In this document: positions 7,594 through 9,313 of the stretch, in pieces
Position numbering within the stretch: the stretch's first letter is position 1
How the letters are laid out: each line of letters opens with the position of its first letter
Source of the DNA: Octopus sinensis
Taxonomy: Eukaryota
Reading direction: 5' to 3'
DNA: 9,313 nt
Assembly (NCBI RefSeq): GCF_006345805.1
Contig: NW_021827979.1
Span: 1 to 9,313, forward strand
Position numbers and translations under genes: made by a program
The notes under the pieces: model-generated
What the model was told of the DNA's origin: nothing
The model's input: only the letters and a program-made list of their open reading frames with translations
Database searches by the model: none

Positions 7594-7873
7594 TGGTTAG
7601 GGCAGCGGACTCGCGGTTGTAGAATCGCGGTTTCGATTTCCAGACCGGGCGTTGTGAGTGTTTATTGAGCGGAAACACCTAAAGCACCACGACGCTCCGG
7701 CAGGGGGTTGTGGCGACCCCTGCTGTACTCTTCCGCCACAACTTTCTTCTGTTGGCCTGCTCGCTTAGCCAGCGGGGTGGCGTCATTTGAAGTCTAGAAC
7801 AATGCGAAGCGCATTGTGATCAGCGATGTGTAGCAACATCTGATAGCCTGGTCGGTCACGGTGATATATATAT
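7594..7873 (+). mobile_element. Family 2 SINE head/body (A box truncated) carrying a different 3' tail, ending in (TA)n
   Basis: 7594-7748 aligns with the reverse complement of 1909-2062 (about 16 differences by eye). 7749-7864 has no counterpart in 1697-1908. Confidence 0.88.
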
Positions 7874-7879
7874 GATCTC

Positions 7880-8082
7880 TTGAGCACCACCAGCTCAAAT
7901 ATTTTCTCTTCTGTCTTCCCTCCTTGGGATCTTTCCTTCTCCTTGTTCCGACGAAGAGCTCCGCTCGAAACGTTAAACCTCCTTCCCTTCTTTCTGAGCG
8001 TCAATAATACTTTAATTGTTCCACGTCCTGCGTTGCTGTGTTTTTTTCTCTTTTTTTCTGTGTTTTCTTGTTTGGATTAACT
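7880..8082 (+). mobile_element. Penelope-like element terminal (pseudo-LTR) fragment abutting (TA)n
   Basis: Pyrimidine-rich segment containing the GACGAAG...CGAAACGTT signature commonly seen at PLE termini, followed directly by a (TA)n array. No RT or GIY-YIG coding sequence is present, so the class call rests on the motif. Confidence 0.6.
7945..7978 (+). ncRNA. Degenerate minimal type I hammerhead ribozyme motif
   Basis: CCGACGA (7948-7954; consensus CUGANGA), stem II GAGC/GCTC with a 3-nt loop (7956-7966), GAAA (7967-7970), palindromic AACGTT for helix III (7969-7974), and a short GTT/AAC helix I. Confidence 0.5.
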
Positions 8083-8086
8083 ACAA

Positions 8087-8087
8087 C

Positions 8088-8147
<60 letters not shown>

Positions 8148-8190
8148 ATATATAAACACAAACACACACCACACACACCACATACATAGG
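8087..8190. repeat. (TA)n array followed by (CA)n-like tract
   Basis: Direct reading. Confidence 0.95.
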
Positions 8191-8278
8191 TAGGTAGAGT
8201 TTACCCCAATATTTTAATCCTCTTCGCATGCCATACCGTATGAAGTACGTATGGAACCTTACAGCCACTAAAAGGAAT

Positions 8279-8387
8279 GTTATTATTACTATTATCATTC
8301 CTACTAACACCACTACCACTACCACTACCACCACCACCACCACTACTACTACTACTGTTATCATTATTATCATTATTATTATTATTA
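8279..8387. repeat. Compound trinucleotide tract (ATT/ACT/ACC/ATC)
   Basis: Direct reading. Confidence 0.92.
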
Positions 8388-8459
8388 TGAACTTATTGAC
8401 TGTATCCTCCTTTAGACTAATTTACATAGCAGGTGCTATCGTTTTGGACCAGGGAACAT

Positions 8460-8566
8460 GAATATGTATATATACGAGTGAATGTATATGTAAGAATATA
8501 TGTGTGGCATTTGTGTATATATACATATGAGTATATGTCTGTACATAAGCATGTGTATATATGTAG

Positions 8567-8615
<49 letters not shown>

Positions 8616-8752
8616 TACACATACACTCACACATACACATACATAATATGTGTGTGTGTTTGTGTGTGCGTGTGTGGGGGTGTGTGGTTGGGTGGGTGGG
8701 TGTGCGATCAAATAGACAACGCCCGTGACACCATCACACACACATACACCTA
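8460..8752. repeat. Compound (TA)/(CA)/(TG)/(GGGT) microsatellite
   Basis: Direct reading. Confidence 0.9.
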
Positions 8753-8884
8753 TACAAAGACTGAGTGAAATGAACCGTGATTGTTCAGTGAACAAATCGC
8801 CGCCCTAAAGTTATAAAACAACGTTCAAGGTTGTCTCTGGTTCAATAGAATCTCTCCCTCCCTAATTCTCGGTCGCTTCCACCC

Positions 8885-8893
8885 TCTTTCTCC

Positions 8894-8933
<40 letters not shown>

Positions 8934-8968
8934 CTATATCTGGCTAGCTATATATCCATGTATTTATC

Positions 8969-9004
<36 letters not shown>

Positions 9005-9025
9005 ATTTCTATCTATCTCTATTCT
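8885..9025. repeat. (CT)n and (CTAT)n tracts
   Basis: Direct reading. Confidence 0.93.
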
Positions 9026-9027
9026 TT

Positions 9028-9160
9028 CATATACACACACACCACCATGCACACATATACACATACATATAATTCATAGAGCAAACACACATACATATAC
9101 ATACATGCATATATACATACATGCATATATACATACATGCATATATATGTATGAAGATAT

Positions 9161-9191
<31 letters not shown>

Positions 9192-9280
9192 TGTGTCGTC
9201 TTCTAAATGTTTCACGTTCTTGTCCGTTTGTATATATATTTTTTTTACTTTTACATATATATATATATATATGTATGTAT
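9028..9280. repeat. Compound (CA)/(CATA)/(TA) microsatellite
   Basis: Direct reading. Confidence 0.9.
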
Positions 9281-9313
9281 ATTTTTTTTTTTTTCTAGTT
9301 TCAGCTCACAAGC

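Noticed and set aside
8077-9215. Several 60-119 aa ORFs in the last 1.2 kb
   Set aside because: All are dominated by microsatellite translations.
578-9280. Any CRISPR-like or prokaryotic operon interpretation of the repeats
   Set aside because: The repeats are simple tandem arrays or dispersed retroposons with no repeat-spacer periodicity, and the sequence is eukaryotic in character.

Overview
AT-rich, repeat-dominated eukaryotic DNA with no complete gene. The SINE types and dense compound microsatellites look like an octopus/cephalopod genome; this is recalled family resemblance, not a database result. Roughly left to right: (1) the C-terminal stump of an RLE-type (HERO-like) non-LTR retrotransposon; (2) a (GATA)n array; (3) an ~790-bp 5'-truncated Tx1/L1-type LINE with a frameshifted CCHC zinc knuckle, flanked on both sides by (AGAT)3; (4) at least seven tRNA-derived SINE copies or fragments built from shared modules, one full-length with a 12-bp target-site duplication; (5) a 1.3-kb CATA/TATG microsatellite that flips polarity about a palindromic centre; (6) RTE-like LINE 3' ends and a possible decayed APE-endonuclease remnant; (7) a Penelope-like terminal fragment with a degenerate minimal hammerhead motif; (8) many other microsatellites. 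All long ORFs in the track (3579-5187 and most ORFs beyond 5800) are microsatellite artefacts. A weak plus-strand spliced-exon chain (1-41, 2474-2553, 3337-3371) is possible but unproven. I found no convincing wholly new system. The best leads are possible GATA-microsatellite targeting by the Tx1 element, SINE tail swapping, and the hammerhead-like motif.
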